A DNA stretch of 63,587 bases, counting the filler. It is 6 parts of 6 records of this genome, joined end to end, with 100 filler letters (N's around TTAATTAATTAA, not from the genome) between each part and the next. Parts side by side here need not be neighbours in the genome. Positions count along the whole stretch, not along the records: positions 27,490 to 34,757 come from SRR31156797_13832; positions 34,858 to 50,354 come from SRR31156797_13836; 4 more parts are not named here. One strand, 5' to 3'. Both the position numbers and the translations under genes were made by a program. This document shows positions 29,883-42,234 of the stretch, in pieces; the first letter of the stretch is position 1, and each line of letters opens with the position of its first letter. Below the pieces are notes generated by a model. The model was given only the letters and a program-made list of their open reading frames with translations. It searched no databases and was not told the DNA's origin.

Positions 29883-31263
29883 CTTTATCTCCAGTCTTTG
29901 CGGGGTGGTTGTTGAGCTTGCCCTTTGTTATCTCGGCAAGGTGGCCAGAACAGTAAAATCCCTGGCACCTGCCCATTCCAGCACGGGTGCGCCGTTTAAG
30001 TCCGCCCAGGTTTCCTGCTGGTACAGGTCCGATCATTGCTGCTTCTATTTCTCTGCGGGTAACCATCTCGCAATGGCAAATCATTTCTCCATAGCCGGGA
30101 TCGTTGTAGTCACGCGGGAGATGTTCCGCCAGGTTTGGAGTGGTGGCTTTTTGGGGATAGCTTAGAGGTGTCAGTTGAGCCCCCATTTCAGAGAGGAGCT
30201 TAGATGCGTGTCGGGCTAGCCCCAGGGCAGATGTGAGTCCAGTTGACCTGATTCCGCCGAGGGTGATCCAGTTACGTTCCTTGTCGTTCGTTATTCTGTA
30301 GTGCGGTTTTTCTGTTGCTGGGCGGATTCCAGCGTAGGTGGCAGTTGTCTGGGCAGCTTTAAGGCCAGGGAGCTTTTGGTGTGCCTGCTCGATAAGTGAG
30401 GTGAGGATTTCTTTGTCCACCGAGCTGTCGTTTCTGCTTTCCTGCTCTTCAGCAGTTGGGCCGACTACGATGTTGCCAAAAATTGTCGGAAACAAAACAA
30501 TTCCTTTTGTTCGTTCTGTTGGAACAGGGAGTATGATAGATTTAAGAAGGGGGGAGGCTGTTTTGTCAAAGACAACAAATTGACCTTTTCTTGGTTTGAT
30601 TGTGAATTTGCTCTCTCCGCGCACCGCTAAGTCTAGAGTGTCTCCGTAAAGCCCTGCGCAGTTTATAGTGTATTTTGTTTTTACGGTACCTTTTGGAGTT
30701 TCCAGGAGCCAGTGCTCGCCCTTAAAGGAGCCGCCGGTTACTTCGGTGTTGTATAAAACCTGCCCTCCATTTTCTACAGAGTGCTTTAGGTAGGCAAGCG
30801 GTGTTGACCAGGGGTCAATAATAAATTCTCCTGGTACATGAATAGCAGCTTTTACACCTTCGCCAAGGTGTGGTTCCATGGAGTAAACTTCTCTGCTGCT
30901 TAAAATATTCAAGGTCTCGATTCCGTTTTTCTTTGCCTTGTCTACGATTTTGCTAAATTTTTCCTCTTCTTCTTCCGTCCAGGCTGTCAGTAACGCGCCT
31001 GTTTCTTTTAGAGGCAGGTTTAGTTCTTTATGGATTTCGAGGTATTCTCTGTATCCCAGGGTTACGCATTGATGTTCCAGGGTTTCGCTGGGTGCGTCAA
31101 ACCCAGTGTGAAGAATAGCGCTGTTCCCCTTGCTAGCTCCCTCTAGGATATCGGAACCCTTTTCCAGGAGGATCACTTTAGCTCCGTCCAGGGTCATTCG
31201 TCTTGCTACCGCGCAACCAACAACTCCTCCTCCTATGACTGCTATGTCTGTATCTGCTAACAA
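29875..31263 (-). CDS. FAD-dependent oxidoreductase (GlpA/LhgO-like) with C-terminal BFD-like [2Fe-2S] domain
   Basis: GGGVVG, ASKGNSAILHTGFD, PRKGQF, GIRSTGLTSA, CHCE...KRRTRAGMGRCQGFYC. Confidence 0.9.
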   Translation of the reverse strand: MLADTDIAVIGGGVVGCAVARRMTLDGAKVILLEKGSDILEGASKGNSAILHTGFDAPSETLEHQCVTLGYREYLEIHKELNLPLKETGALLTAWTEEEEEKFSKIVDKAKKNGIETLNILSSREVYSMEPHLGEGVKAAIHVPGEFIIDPWSTPLAYLKHSVENGGQVLYNTEVTGGSFKGEHWLLETPKGTVKTKYTINCAGLYGDTLDLAVRGESKFTIKPRKGQFVVFDKTASPLLKSIILPVPTERTKGIVLFPTIFGNIVVGPTAEEQESRNDSSVDKEILTSLIEQAHQKLPGLKAAQTTATYAGIRPATEKPHYRITNDKERNWITLGGIRSTGLTSALGLARHASKLLSEMGAQLTPLSYPQKATTPNLAEHLPRDYNDPGYGEMICHCEMVTRREIEAAMIGPVPAGNLGGLKRRTRAGMGRCQGFYCSGHLAEITKGKLNNHPAKTGDKDE

Positions 31264-31303
31264 AATGTCTCCTTATTGTAAATATTGTAGCCTGCTCCCT
31301 GTC

Positions 31304-31338
31304 TGACCTAATGGTAACCTTGTGTGACCATTCGGTCA
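31304..31338. promoter_or_regulatory. Two TGACC-N4-GGT(C/A)A palindromes; candidate TetR-type operators
   Basis: TGACCTAATGGTAA 31304-31317 and TGACCATTCGGTCA 31325-31338, upstream of the oxidoreductase operon. Confidence 0.55.
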
Positions 31339-31657
31339 AACAAAAAAATAAGGAAAAATCCTGTAGTGATGTGAGAGAAGCTATGGCGAAAAAATTACAT
31401 ATTTGAAGTTTATGGTTTGGGGTGTCGCTATTTTTGGAGGGGTTAGATGCAGGAAGACGCTCTATTGCTATAGTAGAGGTGAGTATTGGATATACGTAAT
31501 AAAGACCTGTTATGTGATACAGTGAGGTCATATGTTTTCCTCCTACCAATCCATTAAATATTGGCTTAACTGAGTGTCCACTTTTTTATAGCAGGATCAA
31601 AGTGTGCTCAGGACAGTGAGGTCAAAAACCAGAGACTCTATTGACTAGTATGAATAT

Positions 31658-31673
31658 AGTTAATACCTTAACT
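31658..31673. promoter_or_regulatory. Candidate MarR operator (autoregulatory)
   Basis: AGTTAA-TACC-TTAACT immediately before the ATG at 31677. Confidence 0.6.
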
Positions 31674-31676
31674 TTC

Positions 31677-32133
31677 ATGAGTGAGAATCAACGTCAAGAA
31701 TATTATGATGTGAACGAATCCTTCCCAATGCTGATCGCTGAGTGCGAGAAGCATATGCGTGAGAGTTTGAACGCACGCTTTCGTTATGCCGGTTATTGTA
31801 TAACAGTTGAACAGTGGGTTATTCTCGTCCATCTCAATCAACAAGATGGAATTTCGCAGCAGGAACTTGCCAATAGGTGTAATCGCAGTAAGGTTTCTGC
31901 CCTTAACTTGATAAAAAAAATTAAAAAAAGATGCATTTGTATTACGAAAAAATGACCCAAGTGATGCGAGGGTAAAGTTGATATACTTAACTGCAAAAGG
32001 GCACAGGCTGTTGCAGGCACTGATTCCAATAGCCAAAACTAATATAAAGGCAATGAGCCAGGGGATTAGTGAAGAGGAAATCACACTTTTAAAAAGAGTG
32101 GTGAGGAAAATCATCGGGAATTATCCAAAATGA
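31677..32133 (+). pseudogene. MarR-family regulator with a one-base insertion frameshift in an A8 tract
   Basis: ITVEQWVILVHL..QDGISQQELA. Deleting one A at 31913-31920 restores IKKLKKDAFVLRKNDPSDARVKLIYLTAKG...NYPK*. Span is 457 nt = 3x152+1. Confidence 0.85.
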
Positions 32134-32151
32134 AAACAATTTTCACGAATT

Positions 32152-32169
32152 TAGTTAGCATGTTAACTA
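32152..32169. promoter_or_regulatory. Second candidate MarR operator, upstream of katG
   Basis: TAGTTAG-CATG-TTAACTA, same geometry as 31658-31673. Confidence 0.6.
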
Positions 32170-32335
32170 TATGTGTGTGAGCCCAGAAAAAGAAGTGCTG
32201 GAAAATATAAAAATGGCATCATTGATGTGGAACGAAAAACAGAAAATAGCCTTTAGGCTCCTTTAGCTGGAGAATCACAGGTAAGAGACATCAAGACATT
32301 CTTTTTTAAGATAGTTACAATCAGCCAAAATATGA

Positions 32336-34561
<2,226 letters not shown>

Positions 34562-34615
34562 TGCATAAGAAGCAACTGCTGATGGTCTAACTCTAGACCT
34601 TGGAAGCGCCCTTAC

Positions 34616-34653
34616 AAGTGCACAGTTTTCCTAATTGAAACTGTGCACTTTTT
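34616..34653 (+). terminator. katG terminator
   Basis: AAGTGCACAGTTT...AAACTGTGCACTT followed by T residues. Confidence 0.75.
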
Positions 34654-34757
34654 CATGTCAGTGTACTCATCCCTTAAGTAGACGGTTGTTTCCTTTCTGT
34701 CTGATGTTCAACCCCATATTACAATAAACCCGATGCACCCGTTTATGGTTCCAGCCA

Positions 34758-34857
34758 NNNNNNNNNNNNNNNNNNNNNNNNNNNNNNNNNNNNNNNNNNN
34801 NTTAATTAATTAANNNNNNNNNNNNNNNNNNNNNNNNNNNNNNNNNNNNNNNNNNNN
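34758..34857. other. Artificial contig linker
   Basis: 44 N + TTAATTAATTAA + 44 N. Confidence 0.99.
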
Positions 34858-34893
34858 CCAAAACCAGGTGTGTTACCATTACACCATAGGTCA
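34858..34893 (-). tRNA. tRNA-Gln(TTG), 5' half, truncated by the contig edge
   Basis: Minus strand TGACCTA-TG-GTGT-AATGGTA-ACAC-A-CCTGG-TTTTGG; Bacteroidota -7 element TACATTTG at 34924-34931. Confidence 0.85.
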
Positions 34894-35063
34894 ATCATAA
34901 TGTGCCTTTTCGCAAAGACTCTGCAAATGTAATAATTATTTTTTTTCCGCAAACAAAAAGTTCAAAATATTCTAAAGTAATTCGAGGTATACACTGAAAA
35001 TTGACTATTTTCGTTCCAATTATTTTTGCTTAGAATCAATACAAAACAAAAAATACACACAAG

Positions 35064-38000
35064 ATGAAGTCGAATTACAATTTGGTTAATAATGTGTTAG
35101 GCTGGGTAGCTTTTCTTATCGCAGCCATTACATACTTGTTGACAATAGAACCTACTACCAGTTTATGGGATTGTGGTGAATTTATTACTACAGCTTACGG
35201 ATTGGAAGTTGGTCACCCACCAGGAGCACCTTTGTTCATGATTATGGCACGCTTTTTTGCCTTATTTGCTCCTAGTCCATCACAAGCAGCACTAATGGTG
35301 AATGTGATGTCGGGAATGGCTTCGGCTTTTACCATTCTGTTTTTATTCTGGACCATTACGCATTTGGCGAAGAAAATGGTTGCGAATGGAGAAGAACTAT
35401 CTAAAGGAAATTTATTTGCTATTATGGGAACCGGTATGGTAGGTGCCTTGGCGTATACTTTTTCTGATACTTTCTGGTTCTCGGCAGTTGAGGGAGAGGT
35501 TTATGCATCTTCATCCTTGTTTACAGCAGTGGTTTTTTGGGCAATTCTAAAATGGGAGAATGTAGCTAATGAGAAACATGCCAACCGATGGATTATCTTG
35601 ATTGCCTATTTAATGGGATTATCAATTGGTGTTCACCTTTTGAATCTATTGGCAATTCCGGCAATAGTATTTGTGTACTACTTTAAAAAATACGAACCAA
35701 CCCGAAATGGAATTATTGGAGCGGCACTCCTTTCGGTTGCCATATTAGGTGTTATCATGTACGGAGTAATTCCAGGTGTAATAAAAATAGCATCATGGTT
35801 TGAATTGATGTTTGTGAATGGTTTTGGTTTGCCATACAATACAGGTGTAATGATTTATGCAGTATTGGTAATATCGGGTGTGATATGGGCTATCAATTAT
35901 ACTCTTAAAAAGAACATGGTGATTTTGAATACTGTTATTACTGCCTTTATGGTGATTGTAATCGGTTATTCTTCTTTTGCCATGATTGTAATTCGTTCTT
36001 CGGCAAATCCACCAATGGATGAGAACAATCCGGATAATGTTTTCGCTTTGTTGTCATATCTCAACAGAGAGCAGTATGGAGATAGACCATTGATGTATGG
36101 AGAATATTTTAATGCTCCGGCTATTGATTTGGTTGAAACAAAACCAAATTATATTCAGAAGAAAGATAAAAAAGGAAAAGATAAATATGTAATTGCTTCG
36201 AGAAAACAGCAATATAAGTTCGATTCCCGATTCGAAACCATTTTCCCACGTATGTATAGTTCGCGAGGTAATCATGTGCAACAGTACGAGTTTTGGGGAG
36301 ATGTGAAAAAAGACAATCCGATAACGTTAGGTAATGGAGAGGTTGCATACAAACCTAGTTTTGGTTCCAACTTGAAGTTCTTCTTTAAATATCAGGTTGG
36401 ATGGATGTATTGGCGTTATTTCATGTGGAATTTTGTTGGTCGTCAGAACGATATTCAAGGACATGGAGGCATTTTGCATGGGAACTGGATTTCTGGTTTT
36501 GATGTTCTCGATAATGCTAAGGTTGGAAATCAGGACAAATTGTATCCTGAATTAAAAAATAAGAAATCGAGAAATACCTATTACTTCCTTCCATTTTTGT
36601 TAGGATTAATAGGATTGATCTATCAGTTTAGATCCGGTAAAAAAGGCAAACAGGATTTTACGGTGGTAATGCTTTTGTTCCTGTTTACAGGCTTGGCAAT
36701 TGTTGTTTACCTGAATCAATATCCATATCAGCCGCGTGAGCGTGATTATGCTTATGCTGGTTCATTTTATGCCTTTACCATTTGGATTGGATTGGGTGTG
36801 ATGGCATTGTATCAAACCCTTAAAAAGCACATGCCAGAAGTGGTAACTGCAGGTTTGGTTACAGGACTTTGTTTGGTGGCAGTTCCGGGATTAATGGCTC
36901 AGCAAAACTGGGATGACCACGATCGTTCGGGACGATATGCTACTTTGGCTTATGCTAAGAATTACCTGAACTCATGTGCTCCAAATGCCATCTTGTTTAC
37001 TTATGGTGATAACGATACTTTCCCACTGTGGTACGCGCAGGAAGTAGAAGGAATTCGTCGCGATATTCGTATTGTGAATTTGAGTCTCTTGGCTGGTGAT
37101 TGGTACATCAACCAAATGAGATCGAAAGCCTACGAATCGGCACCATTAGCAATGAGTGTAGCTCAGGAAAAGGTTGAACCAGGTGTAAGAGATCAGATTC
37201 CTATTATTGAACGTTTTAAGGATCCACAAAAACTTAGTGATATGATTGCTGTTGTGGCAAGTGATTCTGATAAATCGAGAGTGGAAATGCAGAGTGGTAA
37301 AAAACTGGATTTCTTCCCTGGTAGAAATGTTTACGTACCCGTTGATTCAGCAAAAGTAGTTGACAATGGTACTGTTCGCCCTGAGGATGCTCATTTGATT
37401 GCGGACAAAATGGATTGGAAAATCAAAAGAAGCTACTTGTACAAGAACGACCTGATGGTTTACGATATAATTGCAAGTAACAATTGGGAGAGACCAATTT
37501 ATTTTTCAGTAGGTATGGGAGTAAGTAGCTTTTTAGGAATGGAAGATTACTTCCAGTTAGAAGGTGCTGCCTATCGTTTGGTTCCGATAAAAACCAAATC
37601 TGAAACTATGGAATTGGGTAGAATCAACAGCGATTTGTTGTATGATAATTTCATGAATAAATTTGAGTTTGGTAGAATTAAAGAGCCGGATGTTTATATC
37701 GATCAATTCCATATTTTAACTGTAAATATCATGTCTTTCCGTTCCAACTATAGTCGTTTGGCAAGTCAGTTAAACGATGAGGGTAAGAGCGAAAAAGCGA
37801 TTGATATTTTGGATAGATGTATGGAAGAATTGCCAGTAAGTAAGATTCCTTACGACAATAGTTTAATTGGTTTTATTCAGGAATATTATCGTGCAGGAGC
37901 AACAGAAAAGGCAAATAACTTGCTAAAAGATATGGCTCAACAATCTCATGATAAGTTGGATTACTATTTCTCATTGGAATCAAATCTTGGGAACAGTTTC

Positions 38001-38132
38001 CGCACAGAGCAGGAAAGAGAAATAAGAGTGGTTCAAATGCTTTTGGGATTAGCCGAAATGGGTGAACAAACAGAGTTGAAAAATGAAACACAGCAAAAAT
38101 TTGAATTGTTGTTTAAATCATATAGGGAATAA
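35064..38132 (+). CDS. DUF2723 / TMEM260-like GT-C glycosyltransferase, paralog 1
   Basis: WDCGEF, HPPGAP, AVEGEVY, GVHLLNLL, RERDYAYAGS, NWDDHDRS, GDNDTFPLWY. Confidence 0.9.
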   Translation: MKSNYNLVNNVLGWVAFLIAAITYLLTIEPTTSLWDCGEFITTAYGLEVGHPPGAPLFMIMARFFALFAPSPSQAALMVNVMSGMASAFTILFLFWTITHLAKKMVANGEELSKGNLFAIMGTGMVGALAYTFSDTFWFSAVEGEVYASSSLFTAVVFWAILKWENVANEKHANRWIILIAYLMGLSIGVHLLNLLAIPAIVFVYYFKKYEPTRNGIIGAALLSVAILGVIMYGVIPGVIKIASWFELMFVNGFGLPYNTGVMIYAVLVISGVIWAINYTLKKNMVILNTVITAFMVIVIGYSSFAMIVIRSSANPPMDENNPDNVFALLSYLNREQYGDRPLMYGEYFNAPAIDLVETKPNYIQKKDKKGKDKYVIASRKQQYKFDSRFETIFPRMYSSRGNHVQQYEFWGDVKKDNPITLGNGEVAYKPSFGSNLKFFFKYQVGWMYWRYFMWNFVGRQNDIQGHGGILHGNWISGFDVLDNAKVGNQDKLYPELKNKKSRNTYYFLPFLLGLIGLIYQFRSGKKGKQDFTVVMLLFLFTGLAIVVYLNQYPYQPRERDYAYAGSFYAFTIWIGLGVMALYQTLKKHMPEVVTAGLVTGLCLVAVPGLMAQQNWDDHDRSGRYATLAYAKNYLNSCAPNAILFTYGDNDTFPLWYAQEVEGIRRDIRIVNLSLLAGDWYINQMRSKAYESAPLAMSVAQEKVEPGVRDQIPIIERFKDPQKLSDMIAVVASDSDKSRVEMQSGKKLDFFPGRNVYVPVDSAKVVDNGTVRPEDAHLIADKMDWKIKRSYLYKNDLMVYDIIASNNWERPIYFSVGMGVSSFLGMEDYFQLEGAAYRLVPIKTKSETMELGRINSDLLYDNFMNKFEFGRIKEPDVYIDQFHILTVNIMSFRSNYSRLASQLNDEGKSEKAIDILDRCMEELPVSKIPYDNSLIGFIQEYYRAGATEKANNLLKDMAQQSHDKLDYYFSLESNLGNSFRTEQEREIRVVQMLLGLAEMGEQTELKNETQQKFELLFKSYRE

Positions 38133-38155
38133 GAATCTCCAATAAATGAATTTCT

Positions 38156-38192
38156 AAAATGGTCGTCCTTTGTAAAGACGACCATTTTTTTT
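38156..38192 (+). terminator. Rho-independent terminator
   Basis: AAAATGGTCGTC...GACGACCATTTTTTT. Confidence 0.8.
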
Positions 38193-38393
38193 GTTTGTAA
38201 CTAACTAATAATTTAGTGTAGATAATTAGATTATTGATGTATAAAACGCATCACTTATACATTTAAAGTTGGGAAAATTTAGGATTGAAAAATGTTCCTT
38301 TAAGGTTTTTTCACATAATATTTAACAATACTTTTTGCTAAAAATGGTACCTTCGAGTACTATTTTGAAAATTTATAACCTTACCTCTAAGAT

Positions 38394-41300
38394 ATGAGCA
38401 AGTATCAAAAAATCAACCTGATAATTGGTTGGATTTCCTTCGCTGTTGCAGCAGTGGTTTATTTGTTAACCATTGAACCCACTGTTAGCTTCTGGGATTG
38501 TGGAGAGTTTATCACATCATCGTATAAATTGGAAGTAGGACACCCTCCGGGAGCGCCATTTTTTATGATACTAGCAAGAGTGTTTTCACTGTTTGCACCA
38601 GGCACCGAATATGTTGCCTTAATGATTAACAGCTTATCGGCATTAGCAAGTGCATTTACAATTCTATTTCTTTTTTGGACAATTACTCATTTGGCGAAAA
38701 AATTGATTGTGAAAAATGGTGAAACTTCTTCGACTCAGCTTTGGACTATAATGGCGAGTGGTTTTATTGGAGCAATGGCGTATACTTTTTCCGATACATT
38801 TTGGTTTTCAGCAGTCGAAGGTGAGGTTTATGCAACATCATCGCTTTTTACAGCAATTGTTTTTTGGTGTATTTTAAAATGGGAGAACGAGGCTGATAAG
38901 CCATTCGCCAATAGATGGATTATTTTGATTGCCTATTTAATGGGTTTATCGATAGGAGTACACTTGCTTAATTTATTAGCAATACCAGCTATTGTTATGT
39001 TGTACTATTTTAAAAAGTACGAACCTAGCCGAAATGGCATTTTAAAAGCAATGGGCTTGTCTGTTTTATTGCTTGGAGGTGTAATGTATGTTGTTATTCC
39101 GGGAATTGTTAAAATCGCATTTTTATTCGATTTATTCTTTGTGAATGTAATTGGCTTACCATTTAATACGGGCTTGATCATATTTATTCTGGCTTTGATA
39201 GGTGGAATTGTTTGGGGCGTTCGTTATACGGTAAGTAGAAATAAGGTGGTAGCCAATACTATTTTAATGGCATTTACAGTTGTTTTAATAGGATATTCCT
39301 CTTATGCCTTAATCATGATTCGTTCAGCGGCTAATCCTAGTTTAGATCAGAATAATCCTGAAGATTTACAAACATTATTGTCTTATCTGAACAGAGAGCA
39401 GTATGGCGATACTCCATTAATTTACGGTCAGTATTTTAATGCGCCATTGAATGAAAAGGACAATTACGTTAAGGATAAAAATGTCTACATTAAAAAAGAT
39501 GGGAAATATGTAGTTTCCTATGAAAAGAAAAAGGCAAATTTTAAGGACACTCATAAATCAATTTTTCCTAGAATGCATACCAAAGGAATGACAGGTAGGA
39601 ACCCTGTTGAATATGCAAAATGGACGGGAATTGATCCAAAACAGGAAGAGAAACCTAGCTTTGCACAAAATCTTGATTTCTTTTTTTCTTACCAGACCAA
39701 CTACATGTACTTCCGATATTTCATGTGGAATTTTGCAGGTCGTCAATCCGATAAGCAATCGTATGGAGGAGTAGTTGATGGGAACTGGATTTCTGGTATT
39801 CCGATAATCGATAATATGCGTTTGGGAGATCAGAGTTTGCGCGCTCAAGGTATGCAGAACAATAAGGCAAATAACAAATACTACTTTTTGCCTTTACTAC
39901 TTGGGCTTGCTGGCTTATTTTATCATTACAAAAAAACCAAGGAAGGGAAACAGGATTTTTGGGTAGTAACACTCCTGTTTTTATTTACAGGTTTGGCAAT
40001 TGTCTTGTATTTGAATCAGCCTCCATTGCAACCACGTGAACGAGATTACGCTTATGCAGGCTCATTTTATGCCTTTGCTATTTGGATTGGATTGGGTCTT
40101 TTGGCAGTTCTCGAATTGTCTAGAAAAGTGATTAAACAAGACAAACTTGCCTTGCCCATAGTTTTTACCATCTGCTTACTTGCTGTACCAGGATTAATGG
40201 CTCAACAAAATTGGGATGATCATGATAGATCGGATCGTTATTTGGCAAGAGATATAGCCTACAATTATTTGAATTCATGCGAGCCGAATGCCATTTTGTT
40301 TACTATGGGCGATAACGATACCTTCCCACTTTGGTATTTGCAGGAAGTTGAAGGTGTAAGAACAGATGTTCGTGTATGTAATTTGAGTTATTTGTCAACT
40401 GATTGGTATATCGATCAGATGAAACAACAGAATTACGAATCGGCACCGCTACCAATATCAATGAAAAAAGATCAATACCTGTTCGGAAAGCGTGATGTGG
40501 TTTATATGGTTGATGATCCTCGTCTTAGAGCTTACGTTAATAAGAATAAGGGATTGGATTTGAAAGACGCTTTGGAGTATGTGATGAGCGATGAGGATAA
40601 CACTAAAAAGGTTTATGGATACAATGAAAGAATTGATCATTTTCCTGCAAATAAATTTCGATTAAAGGTTGATAAAGAACAGGTTTTAAGAACAAAAACT
40701 CTTGGAATTAAGGATACCGCAAATATTGTTGATCAATTGGAATGGAAAATAGATGGGAATTACATAGAAAAAAGCGGATTGGCATTATTTGATATGTTAC
40801 TGCAAAACAATTGGGAAAGACCTATTTATTTTGCAATTACTGTTCCTCCAAGTGGTTATTATGGTTTGGATAAATATTTTCAGTTGGAAGGATTTGCTTA
40901 TCGTTTGGTTCCGGTTGAAACTGTTAATGAGGATCAACAAACTGGACGTGTAAATACCGATGTAATGTACACCAATATGTTGCAGGAATTTAAGTGGGGA
41001 AATATTAATAATCCTGGGATTTATTTGGATGAAACTTGTTCAAGAATGACTTTGAGTATACGCAATAATTTTCTACGCTTAGCAAATTCGCTAATGGATG
41101 AGAAAAAGCGTGATTCAGCAGTTATGGCTTTAGATAAATGTATGGAATTGGTGCCAAATGAATCTGTTCCATTGGATCTGTATGGTGTTTTAATTGCTCA
41201 GGCATATTACCGAGCAACAGAGTATGAAAAAGCCAATCATATTATCGAACAAATATCGGATAGATTGGTTAAAGAATTGGATTACTATGCAACTTTAAAA

Positions 41301-41456
41301 CCGGTGTCCACATCAGAATTTCCACGTTGGCAGAATCGTAATTTGTATTTGATGCAGGAGATGTATCAGATTACTGCAAAATATGAACAAGAAGATTTAA
41401 ATCGAAAAATTGAATTGGAGTTTAAAAGATTTTTAGGGAATTATAAAAATGGATAA
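38394..41456 (+). CDS. DUF2723 / TMEM260-like GT-C glycosyltransferase, paralog 2
   Basis: Same motif set as paralog 1. Confidence 0.9.
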   Translation: MSKYQKINLIIGWISFAVAAVVYLLTIEPTVSFWDCGEFITSSYKLEVGHPPGAPFFMILARVFSLFAPGTEYVALMINSLSALASAFTILFLFWTITHLAKKLIVKNGETSSTQLWTIMASGFIGAMAYTFSDTFWFSAVEGEVYATSSLFTAIVFWCILKWENEADKPFANRWIILIAYLMGLSIGVHLLNLLAIPAIVMLYYFKKYEPSRNGILKAMGLSVLLLGGVMYVVIPGIVKIAFLFDLFFVNVIGLPFNTGLIIFILALIGGIVWGVRYTVSRNKVVANTILMAFTVVLIGYSSYALIMIRSAANPSLDQNNPEDLQTLLSYLNREQYGDTPLIYGQYFNAPLNEKDNYVKDKNVYIKKDGKYVVSYEKKKANFKDTHKSIFPRMHTKGMTGRNPVEYAKWTGIDPKQEEKPSFAQNLDFFFSYQTNYMYFRYFMWNFAGRQSDKQSYGGVVDGNWISGIPIIDNMRLGDQSLRAQGMQNNKANNKYYFLPLLLGLAGLFYHYKKTKEGKQDFWVVTLLFLFTGLAIVLYLNQPPLQPRERDYAYAGSFYAFAIWIGLGLLAVLELSRKVIKQDKLALPIVFTICLLAVPGLMAQQNWDDHDRSDRYLARDIAYNYLNSCEPNAILFTMGDNDTFPLWYLQEVEGVRTDVRVCNLSYLSTDWYIDQMKQQNYESAPLPISMKKDQYLFGKRDVVYMVDDPRLRAYVNKNKGLDLKDALEYVMSDEDNTKKVYGYNERIDHFPANKFRLKVDKEQVLRTKTLGIKDTANIVDQLEWKIDGNYIEKSGLALFDMLLQNNWERPIYFAITVPPSGYYGLDKYFQLEGFAYRLVPVETVNEDQQTGRVNTDVMYTNMLQEFKWGNINNPGIYLDETCSRMTLSIRNNFLRLANSLMDEKKRDSAVMALDKCMELVPNESVPLDLYGVLIAQAYYRATEYEKANHIIEQISDRLVKELDYYATLKPVSTSEFPRWQNRNLYLMQEMYQITAKYEQEDLNRKIELEFKRFLGNYKNG

Positions 41457-42073
41457 TGAGATTGAGATGGATGAGAGCGCCGGGGATATTGAAATTGATG
41501 TTCCCGAACTTTGTGTGGAGGTATAATTCTGGAGATAAAAAGGTGTATTTAACTTTTGATGATGGACCTATTCCGGAATCTACTTTGTGGACTTTGGATT
41601 TATTAAGAGAGAAGAATGTAAAAGCTACATTCTTTTGTGTTGGTGAAAATGTAAAAAAACATCCTGACTTGTACAGAAGGATTGTTGAGGAAGGTCATGC
41701 CGTGGGGAATCATACTCACAATCATTTGAAGGGATGGAAAACCAATACTCAAAAGTATGTGGAGAATGTAATACTGGCTTCGGAATTCGTAGATTCTAAG
41801 TTGTTCCGACCACCATATGGATTGATAAAAAGAGCGCAGGCAAAATACTTGTCTTCGGACTATAAAATTATCATGTGGGATATCTTAAGTGGTGATTATC
41901 GTCAGGATATTTCACCAGAGAGATGCTATCGCGATGTATTGAATAAAATTCGTCCGGGTGCTATTATGCTTTTTCATAATCATGTAAAATCAGAGAAAAA
42001 TATGCGGTATACAATTCCACGATTGATAGATGAATTGCATTCTCAGGGATATGAATTTGACATTTGCCACTAG
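41456..42073 (+). CDS. Polysaccharide deacetylase (CE4/NodB)
   Basis: LTFDDGP, GNHTHNH, FRPPYG, LFH. Confidence 0.92.
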   Translation: MRLRWMRAPGILKLMFPNFVWRYNSGDKKVYLTFDDGPIPESTLWTLDLLREKNVKATFFCVGENVKKHPDLYRRIVEEGHAVGNHTHNHLKGWKTNTQKYVENVILASEFVDSKLFRPPYGLIKRAQAKYLSSDYKIIMWDILSGDYRQDISPERCYRDVLNKIRPGAIMLFHNHVKSEKNMRYTIPRLIDELHSQGYEFDICH

Positions 42074-42234
42074 AAAAACAAAAAAATCCTGCCGATAAGA
42101 GTACGATAAAGCATTTGAATCCGTAAATTTGCTCTCAATCAAACGATTTATACCATTTTATAACTGAGATCTGTTGCAGTTTGAATGCTAAAATACGCAC
42201 AAATAGTAACAGAAACATACAATTAATCTGACAG

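Noticed and set aside
31668-32114. 148-aa minus-strand ORF
   Set aside because: Antisense to the frameshifted MarR, which explains the region.
34858-34893. Partial tRNA-Gln as a second att site or as the partner of the contig-1 fragment
   Set aside because: It is a normal 5' half with its own promoter, cut by the contig edge, and comes from a different organism.
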